Source: a virus. Taken from it: a DNA stretch of 64,000 nucleotides. The stretch lies in the IMG/VR virus record IMGVR_UViG_3300045988_176028, one strand, 5' to 3'. Position numbers and translations under genes: made by a program. Below the pieces are notes generated by a model. It saw nothing but the letters and a program-made list of their open reading frames with translations, had not been told where the DNA came from and ran no database searches. Below are positions 44,101 through 52,238 of the stretch, piece after piece. Position 1 is the first letter of the stretch. Every line of letters begins with the position of its first letter.

Positions 44101-45990
44101 CGAATTCAGTTTGTTTTCGGCTGCGGTGACGATGCCGAACTTGGTGTTTTCCAACACTCGGTCGGAACCTTTGTATCTTTCCGCGTCCTGCCAGCGTCCG
44201 GTGGTCGCGTTGTCGCAACGTCCGACGGTGCGGGTGGATGCGTTCGTGTAGTACATGCTCTGGATGAATGCTCCGGGCAGTCTTACTGTCCAGTTGCCTG
44301 ATGCCAAGTCGTCGTCGGCGACCGATTGGTTCGTGTTCGTATCGGACGTGTCGAGCGTCATGCCGGATACGCTGGTGGCCGACAGTGCGGTATCGGTGAT
44401 GGTCACGTTGCCGGTCTGGTCTTTGCCATAATACTGGGCGGCGGTCTTGCCGTCCGTGGTGGCGGTGGGGAGGATGAACGTGAACTCGTCCACGTGCAGT
44501 GCGGCTACCTGCTGTTGGGTGAGGGAGCCGTCCATGTATGCGGTGGAGCATTTGCCGAATGAGGTGTACTGTCCGGCGTTGGCGCACGGGTAGTTCAACG
44601 TGTCGTAGCCGGTGAAGCTTACGTTGACGGTGGTGCCTTTGTCGGTAATGGTGCCGTCGTCGTAGACGGTGGTTCCGTCGTTGACGGACTCCTTATCCAC
44701 GGTGATGGAGCTGGGGAAACTACCATTGTGGTCGAACGAGTCGCGCTTCCTGTTGTGAGTGCTCTTTCCGTTCCACTTATAAGTGGTGGTTTGGTGGATT
44801 CTGTCCCAAAGTATCGGCTGCCATTGCTTTTCACCCGCATGCTTCGCATGCTTGTCGTCGTCGTCCTGAAACACGCTGGACACGTTCAGCTTGTAGCCGA
44901 TGCTTCCGGTGGGCACTTCGATGCCCTTCAACCCCTTCGACCTGTCCTTCCAACGCATCGCGGTACGGACGAGCACATGCAGTTGGCGTCCCTGAATCTT
45001 GCCTTTGCCTTTGTTTGGCGCGGTAGCGTCACCCGTATTGAAATCGTAGGTGCCGCCGCCCGTAATTTGGTATTGCAGGCTTATGTTCAGGTTGAGTTTC
45101 GCGCTTACGGTCACGTCCTTTGGCGTGTCCGACATTGCCTTGTGTGTTCCGGTGTCGGTGGGATTGTTCTTATTCCATGCTGTCCACGCCTGTACGGTCG
45201 GGCGGAATTTGTATCCGTGTGGCGCGGCTTTGACTTTGACCGCGAGCTGGATGGCGCTGGTGCCGGGGTTGACGGTCGGACTGTTGGAAGTCGGCTCCAA
45301 CAGGCGATAGCAGGTGTACACTTGCGTCTTCACACCGTTGATGGTTTCGGTCGTGAGTTTCGGCTGATAGCCGGGAGTCTGGTCTACCCAACCCATTTGG
45401 TCGGTGTCGAACGTGACCTTATCCGCCGGATAAGGCAGTTCGAAATGGAAGCCGACACGGGTACGCTTGTAATAGTCCATGGTCGAATCCGGGGTGACGG
45501 TGTAATCGTAGTCGTAGATTACATCATCGAACGAGCGGACTATATCATTGCTCGCGTCCTTATCGTCGCCACGCTCATTGTCATTGTCGAATGGTGCGGT
45601 TCCAGTGACTCGGTCGGTTAGTTTGAGTTTCGACACGTATGCGGTGTCCGTGTCGAGCATGTCATGAATGGTAACGTCTTTAGCATCTTCCGGAGCGGAT
45701 TGCGCTCGGATACTAGTGTCGGCGTGAACGTCCGACTGTGTTTGACTGTCAGCATTACTACTGCCGGTAATGTCTGACTGGGTGTTGCCACTATTAGTGT
45801 CGGCGTTCCCACTATTACTGGTGTCGGCTTGGACTTGCGTGGACGAATCCACCGTCAAATCGTCAGCCAAAGCGGTAGACGCGGACAATGCGCCACCACC
45901 GAACATTGTCGCCGTAGCCAAGATAAGCGCGGCAACCTTTCTCAGGCCGGGTTTCATAACCTTGAGCTTCCCTTCTGGAGAGTGTGTCAT
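38158..45990 (-). CDS. giant LAxTG-anchored adhesin with about 10 pilin-isopeptide (FctA/Spy0128-like) repeat domains and an SdrD-B-like domain
   Basis: 2610 aa. Signal peptide (the true start may be the second Met, MKPGLRK..., at 45957). Repeated ~110-aa modules (F.F.L.....G......N...G...F..L.F...G.Y.Y.V.E.....GV.YD......V.VTD...G.L) ending in F(T/Q)NTY.PK. VAWFDVNHDGIRQ...TDKNGRYEI resembles an SdrD B-type domain. The C-terminus is LAQTG plus a TM helix plus a basic tail. Confidence 0.9.
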   Translation of the reverse strand: MTHSPEGKLKVMKPGLRKVAALILATATMFGGGALSASTALADDLTVDSSTQVQADTSNSGNADTNSGNTQSDITGSSNADSQTQSDVHADTSIRAQSAPEDAKDVTIHDMLDTDTAYVSKLKLTDRVTGTAPFDNDNERGDDKDASNDIVRSFDDVIYDYDYTVTPDSTMDYYKRTRVGFHFELPYPADKVTFDTDQMGWVDQTPGYQPKLTTETINGVKTQVYTCYRLLEPTSNSPTVNPGTSAIQLAVKVKAAPHGYKFRPTVQAWTAWNKNNPTDTGTHKAMSDTPKDVTVSAKLNLNISLQYQITGGGTYDFNTGDATAPNKGKGKIQGRQLHVLVRTAMRWKDRSKGLKGIEVPTGSIGYKLNVSSVFQDDDDKHAKHAGEKQWQPILWDRIHQTTTYKWNGKSTHNRKRDSFDHNGSFPSSITVDKESVNDGTTVYDDGTITDKGTTVNVSFTGYDTLNYPCANAGQYTSFGKCSTAYMDGSLTQQQVAALHVDEFTFILPTATTDGKTAAQYYGKDQTGNVTITDTALSATSVSGMTLDTSDTNTNQSVADDDLASGNWTVRLPGAFIQSMYYTNASTRTVGRCDNATTGRWQDAERYKGSDRVLENTKFGIVTAAENKLNSTGNGRVLGVHLVKWDPDILTPLSASDNPDQPYTVHDSYSTWGARFWWSDTRTNDGMEPVIWGVLPNGVNFSTDTAQAKADYDDFDWYPTYAQAAKHGKVLAAQIIDTRVWDTANTSYDSRISVGATLPMQVNDKTAGRTAQTTGQVDYWTRNDLAKKANLDIEDDLTTWTAYARSITGDDYTSLVKQLGKPSLHYDGKTYLKATFSDDGVYQGGDTGGNNKGDTLYVVGERPAIGIHTSQKDTANTVSKTIYDLDKEQRHADWVINATAKTGDSSTGGDYLTDYHIKVTLPKGLTYTDGSSTVGGEYKDTDSGQTQGVVTGGTPVTPTVTPNKDGTTTLEYTVNGVKADGTDTLVRFSTTIGEPSDPETDAKNNQQYTVNTEIRSKRWMGTPSAAYGQTAAYTIRVSRTHASSLATRAKTLLNETQSNLGFVNMLGNFSRDAKPAPYAVDIMPYKGLGQSDYHGEYTLTGLSVKAGAGASMSGVKVYFTTDPKWRNVDATKITREQVEQWTEAKVDATTGKVVIPDGCDQPVAWAFTSPSLPANARYDFTLGIKPTNNSAGDVYMNRWADGDNKVDALTQIVERKVNGVAWFDVNHDGIRQDSDRLLSDVTVTLLDKKGKTVTSVDGKPCATLTDKNGRYEIGSIPAGSGYKLRFTPKTGITWHGHHTTVKNAKDASEATDSDSDEEDDADGNMIAGVIPLKDFPALNKMTAAIYEDLNEDHGIYGMVMPTVPVAVKAVKVLNGRPNGAWTEKDKYVADITPLNNAPKSAVPSSIAFTDNKTQTVRINTGAFTQEGTYQYEVKERKGDNAGVTYDDRVWILTVTVTDDLNTFDRHVTANVSNNGIQSDTVQFTNTYAPKDTQARIVASKLFTNADQSATKITDFQFDLYANDKATGTPIQTVNASADGKVEFSPLLFTKAKLNGKDKDTFSYSVRERNTGAAGVKYDDHYAVWTVTVTDDNSGQLKASLINPAISMKNGKTIDNGQFVNSYSSQPVSVTPKASKVIDNPKHTLRLLNANEFTFELQDKNGKTIQSKTNNADGTLTFDKLAYNTVGEHDYRIVEKTGQFKGITYDQTVHAMHVNVTDNGYGQLKTSTSYDNTNKTPVFHNTYQPKDVTVSLTAHKTFDNKNASHAKLTDFQFQLFDNEQAVGKPLQTVNADQNGNISFQPLTFTAQQLNGAKTRTFTYTVREVRQSAGGVNYDSHMGMWQITVTDDLTGQLKAQTRTNAAYPTTFTNTYQAKPVSVQFRAHKTLNDPDHTGIQLQAGQYEFKCVEDKTGGQAGTVKTNDQQGNILFDTISYKKTGVYDYTLSEVHGDRGGVTYDATKHHVKVTVTDNGEGQLLADVKYDNGTNIPEFTNTYHAQPATDNPTAVKKMTSPKGNKYTLKGEDFAFTLQQQSAPANVSNADQTKRNDRQGNIRFDQLSFPLVGTYVFTMSEQDTTVPGVTKDGTVATITYVVKDVDHTGKLTVVSKTVTPTTGANGKNITFTNHYSPKNVGYSISGVKNIVNTDTATSRVPQDGEFKFQLNAVSARDADGNAISMNDMPMPVGSQNGTQTVSNKGSGFTFGQMVYTMPGVYTYHVKELAGTDKTIGYSTQEYDVTVTVTDQDGMLAATADRQTNDIRFDNTYTPTPVSVRLEAAKHLTGRDLNDNEFSAELKDSNGNLLQAKQFARVPRDAQSDKVTAREGDGTLEFDKLTFDKTGVYTYTVDEQDGTLGGVAYDTTSHTVTITVTEDTKSHKLAASVAYSNGKASEKSILFQNTYQPEDVLVELSAKKNLTGRELQAYEFEFELVDDKGNVIDSEKNDKQGNIQFKPLTYGRDNDGVDDCGEYRYVIREKNTGEKNVTYDKTEHHVTVTVSDNLQGNLTAKVQYDPTDDTAKDSSTMPVMPTAKADKTDGDAGEDENNPTTTPSMVTTTGTQPEFTNSYIPPATPAIVKTIRQLAQTGVNTPIMTVILFTLVGMGLMLAHCRGNTTVTARHKK

Positions 45991-46200
45991 GAAAACGGGA
46001 GAAGGGCTGAAAAGAAGCCCCCCCCCCGCGCGTTTTTTGATTGTTCAGTTATAAGTATGGAAAGCTGGTCTCAAGTACGGTTTGCAGGAGAGTTCCCAAG
46101 GCCAGCCTTCCGATTTTTGCCCGCTCCGACCATGCTTCTTCCAATCTTTGGCAACTGGTTGAAGCATGGTTTCATGTCGGGGAGGGCAAGGCTTTATCTG

Positions 46201-49200
46201 TTATTCGGCTTTATGGGCCGGTTTCTTCTTGTCCGGGTCGGATTCGGTTTCGGTCTCGGCATTGGATTGACCGTCGGAGGATTCTTCGGTCTGGCTTGCG
46301 GTCTTACGTTTGCCAAGCTTCTTGACGGCCATGGCCAACAGTCCGCCGACTGCGGCGAGCACGATGATGACCAGTCCGATGATTCCGGTGTTCACGCCGG
46401 TCTGCGCGAGGTCGCTTACGCCAGCGGTTCCAGCGCCTCCGAACAGTTTCTTGGTGACGTGAACCTTGTAATCCTTGGACACGAGTCCATCTCCGGATGT
46501 GACGGTGAGTGTCGCATCGGCACCATTCTTGTTGATGGTGATGCTCATTCCCGAATCCTTGTCGTATTGACCTACGACCGTCCACTTGTCGGGATTGTCC
46601 ACAGCCACTTCGTAGGAGGTTTTGTTCGGGTCGAATCCGTTAATGAGCTTGCCGTCCACGGAGATGCCGGTGAGTTCCGCCTTGTGGGTGGCGGCGGTGA
46701 TGTAGGTGACGGTGTAGTCATGTTGGGTGAACGTATTGCCGTCCGGAGAGAGCACGCTGACCGTATACGTGTAGGTCATGCCCTTGTGGGAACTGGACAC
46801 TACGGCGCTTTGGCCAACCTTCGTCTCATAGGAGAAGGTGCCGCCTTCCGGAATGTCGAATTTGTCGGATGTGACGGGCACATACTTGCCGTCCTTGCCA
46901 ACGTAACCGACGGATGCGAGACTCGTGTCAGTCTGAGAGTCTGGTGTCTTGACCGGAGACTGTTCCACCGGCTCCTTCGGCTGGAATTCGGTGACGGCGG
47001 TTTTGACAGGACGGGTTACGGTCACACTGTAGGTGCGGCTTGCTCCCGTGGCGGTGTCGGTGACTGTCCATTCCTGTCGGTTGGATTGTGCGCTTTGGGT
47101 CACGTTTCCGGCTTTGACGGTTACTCCTGCCGGGGCTTCCGGTAGCAGGTAGGCGCTGGTGTTCGCGTCTTTCAATGCGACCACATAGTCGAGCCTGTTC
47201 GGATTCCAATTGTCGATGAGCGTGCCTTTTTCGGCTTTGCCGGTGAGATTCACGTAGATGCCGTTGAGTTTGGCGGGACTGTCCGGTTGGATGTCGGAGG
47301 TTTGGAAGTTGACTCGTACCGTGTAGTCCACGCCGTTCACGTTGACTGTGATGATTCGGCTGGTGCCGTCAACACTCAGTTTCGGACGGGATACTTCCGC
47401 GTCGAGACCATGTTCGGCGGAGAGGGAGAAGGAGTCCTTCGCGTCGGAGGCGGGAAGGTCAACGACTTTCTGATGGTTCTCATCAAAGTCCGTCTTATTG
47501 ATTTCGTAACTCTTGGACTTGCCGTCGGAGGAAGTCTGGGTGAGCGTCATCTTCGTGAAGTTCTTATCCTCGGGACGAACGTCTCGGGTTCCCACCGTGT
47601 AGGCTTGTTCAATCTTGTTGCCGTGTCCGTCATCGACGGTCACGGTTCCCTCTGCTGTTCCGGAGAGCACGACGATATTATGCTCGTTGTCGGCACCCAC
47701 CATGGTCTTGGGAGTGGATTCCCATTTGACGGTGGCTTTGTCCTTGTTGGACAGTGTGACCTCATGGTAGGAAGGACTGTTGTCCTTGTCGGACAGGCCC
47801 GTTGCGGAATATCCGGCGTGATAGGAACCATCTTCGTACTTGCTGAAAGGAGTCCCCTTATCGGTGCCATTGTTCAACGTGATTTCCTCGCCAATCGAAT
47901 ATTCGAATGGTACGGTGATGTCGAACTGCGGCAAGCCTTTATCCGGGTTCGCGTCGGCATGGTAGACGGCTGTGCCGGATACGATTGCTGTGCCGAGCTT
48001 ATCGCCCGAAGTGATGTGTTGTTCCCTGAAGGTCGGTTCAATCGTAAACTTGGTGTTGTCGTCTTCGTTCAGTGAGCCGATGGTCACGGTGGTCGGACGG
48101 ACGTTCACGGTCGGAGTGGTGAGGGACTGGTTACCACCCGCGTTCGGAAGATTTATGAGCGGAATCTGCTTATCTCCAACCTGCGCGTACCAAGTGTTGG
48201 TACGTGAATAATCTCCCAAGTTGACGGTCATATGCCAGATTTTGGTTTGTTCGGTCTGAACGTCCGTGTACTCGTAGTTGCCTGTGGCGACGCCGGTTGC
48301 GGATGTCACGTGAGTGGCGTTGTCCACGCTGACGTTCCATGCGATGTTCAGGCTTTTGCCGTTGGACAGTTTGACTGTCTTGACCTCATTGCCGTCCTTG
48401 TCAACGACCTTGCGGTCTTTGCTCACATGATAGGACTTGTTGGCGGGCACATTGGCTACGGCTTCCACGGTTCCGTCCGGGTTTTCTCCGGATACGGTGA
48501 ACTGGGTGCCGTCGGCCAGAGTGATGTTCTCACCCGTGGAATATTTGAACTGGATGGAAACGTCGAACGCCGGATTGCCGTTCTTAGCGCCGACATGGTA
48601 GACGGCTGTGCCGGTCACGTCCACTTTGGCGAACGTGCCGTTGGCTGTGAGGCGTACGTCCTTCAGGTCGCCGTGGTTCAACGTGAACGTGTCGTCGGAG
48701 TCGTTCGTACGCACGGTGATACGTCCCGGAACCTTGTCGGACGGTTCGCTGGCCGTGTAGGATTGGTCGCCGGTTTCCGGATTGTTCGTGAACTGGAACG
48801 TCTTCCCTTCTACCTCACCGCTCCAAGTGTCGGTACGGGAGTAGGATTGGTTGACTTGAATCGTCCACTCGTATTCGGCTTTGGTTTCCGGGTCGATGGT
48901 CTTGTACTTCTGGTTGACGGTTCCCACGACGGTGGTCACATGGGTTTTGGAGTCAGTGGTCTTAGACCATGTGATTGGCAGTTCTGTGCCGTCGGACAGT
49001 TTCAGGCTGGTGATTTCCCTGCCGTCCTTGCCGACGACCTTGCCCGCCTTGTTGACGGTGTAGTCCTTGTTCGCGTAGTCCAACACGGCGGTCCTGCCGT
49101 TCTGTCGGATGGTGAACGGGGTGCCGTCCTTCAAGGTGACTTCCTTGCCGTAATCCTTCGTATAGTTCACGGTCGCGGCGAATTCGGGGAGGATTCCTCC

Positions 49201-50217
49201 TGCTTCCTTGGAGTATCCGGCTGTGCCGGTCTCGTGAATCATGCCGAGTTTGCCCGCGCCGGTGGTGGCTCCCGGCGTGATGGTCGGATTGGTGAGGGTC
49301 ACGTTGCTGCCGTTGCTGCCGGTAACTTCCAGTCGTTGAGGAATGGTGTTGCCGGTCATGGACGCGAGCTGTTTTCCATCCTCGTCGGATGTGGTGAATG
49401 GGATGTCGTTGCCCTCATAGTTAGTTGACCAGCTGGCGGTGTTGGATGCGGTCACGCTCGTGTGCGTGTTCCAACCGTAGGCGTCGATTCGGGTTCCGCT
49501 GTCCCAGTTGAAGTCCATGATTTCGACTCTGGCGGTCGCGGTTCCGGTTTTGGTGACGGTGTAGCCGTTCCTGTAATCGTATGTGGGTTTCGACCAGTCG
49601 ATTGCGGCTGTGGTGCCGTCCGACAGGCGGACGGTGTTTTCGGACGGATTGCCGTCCTTGTCCAAGGTCACGCCGTTCAGTGTGGCGTTCGCGGTGTTGG
49701 TGTCGCCTTGCACGACGAACTTCGTCCCGTTCTTTAGGGTGACTTCCTTGCCGTAGGTTTCGTCCACGTTCACGGTCAGTGTGACCTTGCGGCTTACGGT
49801 GTCAGACTCATCGAATGTGCCATTGTAGGTGACGGTGCCGGTCAGATGGCTGACGCCGACTTTACTGTGGTCGATGTTGAGGGTCGGGGTTTCAGCAGAC
49901 AATGCGATAGGCTTGTCCTCGCCGTCAAGCGTGGCGGTGGCGGCTTCCAACGGGTCGCCGTCGTACTTGTCGATGGTGGCCGTATAGTTGCCGTCGCCGT
50001 CCTTCTCGTAGGTGACGGTCTGCTTTCCGTAGGTGGTTTGGAGTTTACGGCTTGTCGTGGTGGTCTCGCCGCCGGAAGTGGATAGCGGGGTCGTCGTATT
50101 GGCGTCGTCAACGGCCAACGCCGTCACAGCTCCCGTTCCCATGGAGCCGACGGCCATCACGGCAGCAAGACCCACGCCACCGATTTTCTTGGCGGCATTG
50201 TTCCAATTGTCACTCAT
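46201..50217 (-). CDS. LAxTG-anchored repetitive surface protein with cadherin-like beta-sandwich domains
   Basis: 1338 aa. Signal peptide present. Five to six ~130-aa repeats (...YGKEVTLK(N/D)GT.F.V...). The C-terminal segments LNGIYVN....NW.PNRLDYVV and LTGISVDGK.INGFDPNKTSYEV are typical of cadherin-like beta-sandwich domains. Ends with LAQTG plus a TM helix plus a Lys-rich tail. Confidence 0.88.
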   Translation of the reverse strand: MSDNWNNAAKKIGGVGLAAVMAVGSMGTGAVTALAVDDANTTTPLSTSGGETTTTSRKLQTTYGKQTVTYEKDGDGNYTATIDKYDGDPLEAATATLDGEDKPIALSAETPTLNIDHSKVGVSHLTGTVTYNGTFDESDTVSRKVTLTVNVDETYGKEVTLKNGTKFVVQGDTNTANATLNGVTLDKDGNPSENTVRLSDGTTAAIDWSKPTYDYRNGYTVTKTGTATARVEIMDFNWDSGTRIDAYGWNTHTSVTASNTASWSTNYEGNDIPFTTSDEDGKQLASMTGNTIPQRLEVTGSNGSNVTLTNPTITPGATTGAGKLGMIHETGTAGYSKEAGGILPEFAATVNYTKDYGKEVTLKDGTPFTIRQNGRTAVLDYANKDYTVNKAGKVVGKDGREITSLKLSDGTELPITWSKTTDSKTHVTTVVGTVNQKYKTIDPETKAEYEWTIQVNQSYSRTDTWSGEVEGKTFQFTNNPETGDQSYTASEPSDKVPGRITVRTNDSDDTFTLNHGDLKDVRLTANGTFAKVDVTGTAVYHVGAKNGNPAFDVSIQFKYSTGENITLADGTQFTVSGENPDGTVEAVANVPANKSYHVSKDRKVVDKDGNEVKTVKLSNGKSLNIAWNVSVDNATHVTSATGVATGNYEYTDVQTEQTKIWHMTVNLGDYSRTNTWYAQVGDKQIPLINLPNAGGNQSLTTPTVNVRPTTVTIGSLNEDDNTKFTIEPTFREQHITSGDKLGTAIVSGTAVYHADANPDKGLPQFDITVPFEYSIGEEITLNNGTDKGTPFSKYEDGSYHAGYSATGLSDKDNSPSYHEVTLSNKDKATVKWESTPKTMVGADNEHNIVVLSGTAEGTVTVDDGHGNKIEQAYTVGTRDVRPEDKNFTKMTLTQTSSDGKSKSYEINKTDFDENHQKVVDLPASDAKDSFSLSAEHGLDAEVSRPKLSVDGTSRIITVNVNGVDYTVRVNFQTSDIQPDSPAKLNGIYVNLTGKAEKGTLIDNWNPNRLDYVVALKDANTSAYLLPEAPAGVTVKAGNVTQSAQSNRQEWTVTDTATGASRTYSVTVTRPVKTAVTEFQPKEPVEQSPVKTPDSQTDTSLASVGYVGKDGKYVPVTSDKFDIPEGGTFSYETKVGQSAVVSSSHKGMTYTYTVSVLSPDGNTFTQHDYTVTYITAATHKAELTGISVDGKLINGFDPNKTSYEVAVDNPDKWTVVGQYDKDSGMSITINKNGADATLTVTSGDGLVSKDYKVHVTKKLFGGAGTAGVSDLAQTGVNTGIIGLVIIVLAAVGGLLAMAVKKLGKRKTASQTEESSDGQSNAETETESDPDKKKPAHKAE

Positions 50218-50394
50218 TCAATGTCCTATCCGAAATGTGAAACGTTTCCTTTGCGGATTTCGTCTACCACCTTAGCGGACATGTATGCCGTCAACCTCGT
50301 ATAGGTGGGAAAATACCTTGAAAAAAATTTCAGGGTGGACGGTATCCAGACTTTTGCCGGATTGTCCACCCCGAAAAAATCGTTTTGGGAAATG

Positions 50395-51840
50395 TCATGC
50401 CCTCTGGGGAAGGTTCGCTTTAAGCAGGGGTTCGGTGTCGGTGTGGTGTCCGCGCTTGTTGTACCAAGACACGACGCTCATGCCGCTGGCCTTGTCGCGT
50501 AGGGTGATGCCGTACTGTCCCTCATGCTTGCCGGTGCCGACATGCACGGCTTGGGCGGGTACCGGATTGTTCTGGTGCGAATAGTTGAACATGCTACGGA
50601 ATCCGTCGGCGTCGTTCGCCTCGTATCCGACACGGGAACCGTATCCGTCGTAAAGGGTGTTGGTATGCTCTCCGCGAACCGCGAAGGACACTTCCTTGTC
50701 CTGATGGCGCATTTCGATGCTGTCCTGTGGAATGTTCATGTTGCCGGTCTTACGGCGCATGAGCTTGGCGGCGCTTTCGCTGTCCACCGGATGATAGTAG
50801 TTGGATGCGGCTTTGTTTCGACGGTCTGCGACTTTCGACTTGTAGTCCGCGTACTCCTTGTCGCTGCTGAACTCGCCACGGGCCTTCTCGACCTCGGTGC
50901 CTTTGTTGTTCATTTCGATGGTTCCCCAAGAGGTCACATGGTCTCCACTGGTCTTATTGCGGTAGAACTCCTTGCGGAAGTGCAGGGCGTTCTGCGGATG
51001 GCCGTTCGCCTGTTTGCCGGTACCGGCGCTGATGGCGCATTGCACGTCGTCCAGTCCTTCGGCTTGCATGGCGCGGGTCATTCGGGTCAAATCGTCGCCC
51101 GGAACGATAGCCATTGGGGAGCCACCCTCATTATGCGGGCGGGGGGCACGTTTCAGAAGACCGGTCTTCGAGTCTCGCTTCAAGGCTGGTGCGACGTGCG
51201 TCTTGCCTTCCTTGTCCATGTAGACGAACACTTCTGCGGAACGCGCGTCGGCATTGTTCAGACCAAGCTTATTCTCGTAGTAGTGGCGGGCTTTGACCTC
51301 CGCCTCCGCGAAGTCCTTCGGGTCGATGTGGTACACCTTCGCGTTCTCGCCTTCGAACGCGGCACGGTTGACCTGCTCGTTCGTTCGGGCGTTCAGGGTG
51401 TCGTACACCTTACCGTCCTTACGCCCCTCCAATTGTGCGGCACGACCGCCGAAACTGGTCTCGTCCAACGGCAGGTTCTCGCTGACCGGCTGGAACTTGT
51501 TTCCACGACACATGCTCAACGTGTGTTCCGGGGCCTCACGGTCATGGTTGATGACTCCGAAGCAGGTGTTGCCGGTGGACGCAATGGCGAGCTGTTCGCC
51601 GTCCTCGGTGCCGGTGATATGCACTCGTTCGTGAACCTCATGGTTTTTGAGCGTGCTGAAATTACGTCCGCTCGCGCCGACGTGCATCATCTCATAGCCG
51701 CTGGGCATTTGGGAGAGATTGTTCTTGTAGTACTTGCGCACGTTGCCGCGACGGTCAACGTACTCATGCCAGCCGACAGTCAAACCCCATTCAGTCCACT
51801 GTCCGATGGGGTTTCGCGGCTGTGCCGGATTGTAGGCCAT
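50395..51840 (-). CDS. hypothetical protein, 481 aa
   Basis: Long ORF with normal composition. N-terminal NPAQPRNPIGQW motif. No family recognised. Confidence 0.55.
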   Translation of the reverse strand: MAYNPAQPRNPIGQWTEWGLTVGWHEYVDRRGNVRKYYKNNLSQMPSGYEMMHVGASGRNFSTLKNHEVHERVHITGTEDGEQLAIASTGNTCFGVINHDREAPEHTLSMCRGNKFQPVSENLPLDETSFGGRAAQLEGRKDGKVYDTLNARTNEQVNRAAFEGENAKVYHIDPKDFAEAEVKARHYYENKLGLNNADARSAEVFVYMDKEGKTHVAPALKRDSKTGLLKRAPRPHNEGGSPMAIVPGDDLTRMTRAMQAEGLDDVQCAISAGTGKQANGHPQNALHFRKEFYRNKTSGDHVTSWGTIEMNNKGTEVEKARGEFSSDKEYADYKSKVADRRNKAASNYYHPVDSESAAKLMRRKTGNMNIPQDSIEMRHQDKEVSFAVRGEHTNTLYDGYGSRVGYEANDADGFRSMFNYSHQNNPVPAQAVHVGTGKHEGQYGITLRDKASGMSVVSWYNKRGHHTDTEPLLKANLPQRA

Positions 51841-51884
51841 GTCTTGTCCTTCCTCGACCTGATTCCTCCCCGAACGGGAGGTTT

Positions 51885-51907
51885 TTCCAACATCAGATTC
51901 CAGTCTA
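51885..51907 (-). promoter_or_regulatory. degenerate copy of the motif (P17)
   Basis: Gene-sense TAGACTGGAATCTGATGTTGGAA. Only the -10-like part and GGAAT are conserved. Confidence 0.35.
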
Positions 51908-51944
51908 CAATCCTCAAGGTCTATAAAAGGCGAAAGAAGGTAAT

Positions 51945-52238
51945 CTACCGGTTTTTCTTACGCTTCGACTTCTTGGGAAAATGGTCGGAAACGTGGACGA
52001 ACACGGTTTCAGCGAACACGCCCACATCCTTGGTGAGAATCCTCAAACCCTTCCACAGCAATCGTCCCCACGTCTCCCCCAATATCCAGAAGCCTACTAT
52101 CAGGCCGAAAAGGGACAGGATGGATTCACGAATGTCCAGTCTGCCATCTGCGGGAACGTCGAACGACATGTAGATGACGGTCGCAAACAGGATACTCGCC
52201 CCGAGCAGGGTCTTGCCCAATACGCTTTTCCAACTCAT
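51945..52238 (-). CDS. hypothetical membrane protein
   Basis: 97 aa, two TM helices, Lys-rich tail. Confidence 0.4.
   Translation of the reverse strand: MSWKSVLGKTLLGASILFATVIYMSFDVPADGRLDIRESILSLFGLIVGFWILGETWGRLLWKGLRILTKDVGVFAETVFVHVSDHFPKKSKRKKNR

Noticed and set aside
38167-45621. Long plus-strand ORFs (934, 333, 355, 297 aa and others) inside the 2610-aa adhesin gene
   Set aside because: They are antisense shadows of a repetitive, GC-biased gene. Their translations are Gly/Arg/Val/His-rich with no recognisable motifs, whereas the minus-strand frame has a signal peptide, domain repeats and a sorting signal.
45829-52173. Plus-strand ORFs of 438, 262, 398 and 549 aa opposite the 1338-aa adhesin gene and the 481-aa gene
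   Set aside because: Same reasoning: antisense shadow ORFs with unprotein-like composition, each fully contained in a better-supported minus-strand gene.
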